A stretch of DNA of 64,000 nucleotides from an uncultured bacterium (GTDB taxonomy: Bacteria; Desulfobacterota; Deferrimicrobia; Deferrimicrobiales; Deferrimicrobiaceae): assembly GCA_963741515.1 (NCBI GenBank), contig CAVUIA010000009.1, positions 32,287-96,286 of the forward strand, written 5' to 3'. Below, one piece after another: positions 60,740 to 64,000 of the stretch. The position numbers were made by a program, and so were the translations under genes. Below the pieces are notes generated by a model. It saw only the letters and a list, made by a program, of their open reading frames with translations, made no database searches and was not told the origin of the DNA. Numbering within the stretch: position 1 is the stretch's first letter; every line of letters starts with the position of its first letter.

Positions 60740-61755
60740 CGGAAGGCGAAATCGCAAGCGAAGGAGGCGGAGCGGGCGGGCGCATCCGCAGGGGGCCGTT
60801 CCAGGAGGGGGAGGACGTGCTGATCATCTCCCCCAAGCAGGAGGAGCACCTGATCACGCTGGCGCCGGGCAAGACCTACGGAACCCACAAGGGAAACCTC
60901 CTGCACGACGACCTGATCGGGAAAGAGGACGGCTGCCGCGCCTGGACGGCGATGGGGGACGAGTACCGCGCCTTCCGGCCCACCTATATCCAGTTCATCA
61001 TGAACCAGAAGCGGCACGCCCAGATCATCTACCCGAAGGACACGGGCCCGATCCTCATGTGGGCGGACGTGTTCCCCGGGGCGACCGTGATCGAGGCGGG
61101 GATCGGCTGGGGGGCCCTGACGATCAAGCTGCTGGAAGCGGTGGGGCCTGCGGGCCGGGTGATCTCTTACGAGGTGCGGGAGGACTTCGCGGTGAGCGGG
61201 GCGAAAACCGTGCGCCGGTACCTCGGCGAATGCCCGAGCCACGAGGTCAAGGTCCGGGACATCTACCAGGGGATCGACGAGCGCGGGGTCGACCGGATCG
61301 TGCTCGACCTGCCCGAGCCGTGGCAGGCGGTTTCCCATGTGCGGGAGGCGCTCCTCCCCGGCGGGATCCTGCTGTCCTACCTCCCCTCCACGATCCAGGT
61401 GAAGCAGCTGTGCGACCGGCTCGCCGAGGAGGGCGGCTTCTCGGACCCCGAAACCTTCGAGGTGATCCAGCGCCCCTGGCACGTGAAGGGGAATTCCGTC
61501 CGCCCGGTCCAGTGGATGTTCTCGCACTCCGCGTTTCTGGTGGTGGGGAAACCGCAAAACCGGGACGTTGATGAGTTCTTCCGCAAAACAGGGACAGACA
61601 TGAATCGAGTCCTCTGTATTGCGGATTCAGCTACAGTCAGGAATTCAGCAGGTACCTGGCCGAGTTTTCCTTCATTCCGATCCAGCGGGCCAGTTGCGCG
61701 ATCGGGATCTCCATCTCGTATCTGCACTTTTTCAACACCGCTTTCCGCACCTTGA
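60736..61755 (+). CDS. trmI: tRNA m1A58 methyltransferase (homology ends near 61550; frame reads on through a repeat)
   Basis: QIIYPKD, EAGIGWGALT, SYEVREDF, LDLPEPW, HSAFL. Confidence 0.9.
   Translation: MTEGEIASEGGGAGGRIRRGPFQEGEDVLIISPKQEEHLITLAPGKTYGTHKGNLLHDDLIGKEDGCRAWTAMGDEYRAFRPTYIQFIMNQKRHAQIIYPKDTGPILMWADVFPGATVIEAGIGWGALTIKLLEAVGPAGRVISYEVREDFAVSGAKTVRRYLGECPSHEVKVRDIYQGIDERGVDRIVLDLPEPWQAVSHVREALLPGGILLSYLPSTIQVKQLCDRLAEEGGFSDPETFEVIQRPWHVKGNSVRPVQWMFSHSAFLVVGKPQNRDVDEFFRKTGTDMNRVLCIADSATVRNSAGTWPSFPSFRSSGPVARSGSPSRICTFSTPLSAP
61551..61605 (+). repeat. RAYT-associated repeat, copy 1
   Basis: accgcaaaaccgggacgttgatgagttcttccgcaaaacagggacagacatgaa. Confidence 0.85.
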
Positions 61756-62495
61756 CCACCGTGTAATCCCTGTCCCTGGAGAATACACGCTCCACGGAAA
61801 CCCCGTGCCATGCCGCTATGCGATTCAGGTGATCGGAAAATATCTGGTGGGGCCCCGTCACATCCGTCGGCAGGACTTCCCCGGATTCCGCCTGCCCGCA
61901 GACATCCCCCCGGGCGAGATCTTCGGCAGCTCCTTCGGGCGCGGCTTCCATGAATTCGCGATAGGTGCGAATCCATTCCGATCCCTCGGATGACCCGTGG
62001 AATTCCTCCCGCAGAAGTCCGGTATCCTGCCATTCGGGGGGTCCTCCCCGAACGATCCGCCTGTGACCCGTCCAGGGATAATCCGCCAAGGCATCGACCG
62101 AGGGTACGATTCCCGAACGCAGCGGATTGAGATGAATGTACCGCACGACCGTCCGGCAATACCCGACGTTCGACACGACCGGCGATTTATACCGGTTCTG
62201 GAACAGATGGCCGACCCGCTTGTGCCGCTCGATTGAAATAGCGTGAATACCCCGTCAGCAGGCAGTGCATGAACGACGGGAGACAACCTCTATCGCTTTG
62301 AACCAGCATGTGAAAATGGTTCGGCATGAGAGTCCACGCAGAGCACCGCACATCCCATTTCGCCAGGTTGACGCCCACCCTGCCGAGAAAATTGTCCCGA
62401 TCGAAATCATCGAGGTAGATATCGCGTTTTTCGATCCCGCGAGCATATACATGGTGCACCGCCCCCGGGAAATCGATCCGTGGTCCTCTTGGCAT
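61637..62495 (-). mobile_element. REP-associated tyrosine transposase (RAYT, Y1/HUH), frameshifted near 62230
   Basis: MPR.PR...PG..HHVYARG, LMPNHFH, GHLFQNRY, YIHLNP, YPWT; C-terminal HTH; lower GC. Confidence 0.88.
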
Positions 62496-62585
62496 GCCCG
62501 AAATCTATTCAAACAACGGACCAACCGAACAGGAAACACCCGGGGAGGATGCGGGCCGGAAAACGATGAACCGGAAAGGGGGAAA

Positions 62586-63635
62586 TTACGACGGCGCGAT
62601 GCCGCCGCGGAAAAGGTGACGATGCCTCATGTGTGTCCCGCTTCTGCGGGAGAACTCATCAACGTCCCGGTTTTGTGGTCGGTTTTGCGGTCGGTTTTCC
62701 CGGAACCACTCGAACGTTTTCTTCAGGCCTTCCTGGAAGGAAACCCGGGGATTATACCGGAGGAGGTCCCGTGCCCGGGAGATGTCCGCCAGCGAATCCC
62801 GCACGTCACCCGGACGCTGGTCCTCGAACTTCGGGAAAATCCTTTTCCCGGCCTCCGTATAGACGATTTCGAGGATATCCAGGAGGGATATCCGCTCCCC
62901 GCAGGCGATGTTGAACACCTTGCCGCATGCCTCCTTCGGGGCCGAGCACCCGGCGATGTTCGCCTGCACCACGTTGTCGATATAGGTGAAGTCGCGGGTC
63001 TGGAGACCGTCGCTGTAAACGACGGGCGGCTCTCCACGCAGGACGGAGGTGATGAACCGGGGGATGACCGCGGCATACGTCGACATGGGATCCTGTCGCG
63101 GGCCGAACACATTGAAATAGCGCAGCGATATGGTTTCCAGGCCGTGGATCTCGTAAAAAATGCGCATGTAATGCTCACCGGCCAGTTTCTGCGCCGCATA
63201 GGGGGATTTCGGGTTGGTGGCCATCGTCTCGCGCTTGGGCAACTCCGCGGTGTCGCCGTATGCGGAGGATGACGCGGCGAACAGGACGCGCCGGACACCG
63301 GCATCCCGGGCGGCGACCAGCAGGTTCACCGTCCCGGATACGTTGATCTCATTGGAGAGGACGGGGTCCGCAACGGAGCGCGGCACCGAGGGAAGCGCCC
63401 CTTGGTGAAGGATATAATTGATGCCTTTCACGGAGTTCCGCACAGTCTCGAGATTTCGGAGATCCCCCTCGACCAACTCGAACCTGTCCCCGTGCGTTTC
63501 GGAGAGCCCCGCGAGGTTTTCCCGTTTCCCGGTGAGGAAATTGTCCAGAACGCGAACCGTGTGACCTTCGATCAACAAGGCCCTGGTCAGGTTCGACCCG
63601 ATGAACCCCGCCCCGCCCGTTACCAGGTATCGCAT
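62586..63635 (-). CDS. NAD-dependent nucleotide-sugar epimerase (WbpP-like)
   Basis: TGGAGFIGS, ALPSVPRS, SPYAAQK, RYFNVFGPRQ, RDFTY. Confidence 0.92.
   Translation of the reverse strand: MRYLVTGGAGFIGSNLTRALLIEGHTVRVLDNFLTGKRENLAGLSETHGDRFELVEGDLRNLETVRNSVKGINYILHQGALPSVPRSVADPVLSNEINVSGTVNLLVAARDAGVRRVLFAASSSAYGDTAELPKRETMATNPKSPYAAQKLAGEHYMRIFYEIHGLETISLRYFNVFGPRQDPMSTYAAVIPRFITSVLRGEPPVVYSDGLQTRDFTYIDNVVQANIAGCSAPKEACGKVFNIACGERISLLDILEIVYTEAGKRIFPKFEDQRPGDVRDSLADISRARDLLRYNPRVSFQEGLKKTFEWFRENRPQNRPQNRDVDEFSRRSGTHMRHRHLFRGGIAPS
62627..62698 (-). repeat. RAYT-associated repeat, copy 2
   Basis: tcatgtgtgtcccgcttctgcgggagaactcatcaacgtcccggttttg plus ggttttg(t/c)ggtc reiterations; inverted relative to copy 1. 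Confidence 0.88.
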
Positions 63636-63650
63636 TCGTTCCTCGTAAAT

Positions 63651-63711
63651 TTCATGTGTGTCCCGCTTCTGCGGGAGAACTCATCAACGTCCCGGTTTTG
63701 CGGTTTGCGGT
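63651..63711 (-). repeat. RAYT-associated repeat, copy 3
   Basis: Core identical to copy 2 (tcatgtgtgtcccg..aacgtcccggttttg); intergenic in the sugar operon. Confidence 0.88.
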
Positions 63712-64000
63712 CTACAGCTTCACGATCTTCTTGCCGTTGCATCCCTTCAGGGCGTTGCGGGTGTCGACGACCACCTTCGCCTCGCGGGCGACCATCTTGT
63801 AGTCGAACGCGGTGTGGTCCGTCACCACGAGGACGCAATCGGCCTTCCGCAGAGTGGCGGCGGAAAACGGCGACGCCTTGAGGTCGATCACGCCGTCCCG
63901 GACCGTCGGAACGTACGGATCGCAGTATGACAGGACCGCGCCCTTCTTCTGAAGGAGGTGCAGGATATCGAGCGCGGGGGACTCCCGCACGTCGCTGATG
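63712..64000 (-). CDS. Nucleotide-sugar 6-dehydrogenase C-terminus (WbpA/WecC-like, partial)
   Basis: DVRESPA, DPYV, VTDH, DTRNA. Confidence 0.88.
   Translation of the reverse strand, partial: ISDVRESPALDILHLLQKKGAVLSYCDPYVPTVRDGVIDLKASPFSAATLRKADCVLVVTDHTAFDYKMVAREAKVVVDTRNALKGCNGKKIVKL

Noticed and set aside
59695-61755. Apparent TtuA-TrmI fusion (686 aa)
   Set aside because: The TtuA C-terminal Zn finger is in another frame ending at 60739, and trmI has its own AAGGAGG RBS
62006-62017. 12-bp match (ctcccgcagaag) to the RAYT repeat inside the RAYT gene
   Set aside because: Short, lacks the GGGAC-N5-TGA units, and is compatible with chance

Overview
High-GC bacterial chromosomal window. 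Gene content suggests a deltaproteobacterial/Desulfobacterota-like lineage (inference only). About 18 genes are split by single-base indels, most likely long-read consensus errors. The centre (about 17-43 kb) is a phosphate-starvation island: GDPD, DAG-kinase family, secreted PHP, GT21 glycosyltransferase, PHP, GH1 and olsB/olsA-like genes, then phoB-phoR-sixA, ppk2, two pstSCAB-phoU operons, ppx, two tandem thymidylate-kinase-like genes and a CHAD protein. Five 11-bp-periodic CTTAAC-type boxes tie the lipid and pst genes together. Other modules: an EF-G paralog with a U32 protein, lemA-htpX, fadL, GH57, pit/DUF47, rubredoxins-fprA, a NifA-like activator with a TGT-N10-ACA site and sigma54 promoter before a porin-like gene-amtB-glnK, lutABC, fetAB, ttuB-ttuA-trmI, a RAYT-type transposase with flanking repeats, and the end of a nucleotide-sugar operon. 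The most unusual non-coding signal is a family of three divergent 200-280 nt branched hairpin elements with compensatory base changes and two GGA-loop arms (6.5, 16.1 and 16.7 kb). No rRNA, tRNA or CRISPR array was recognised.
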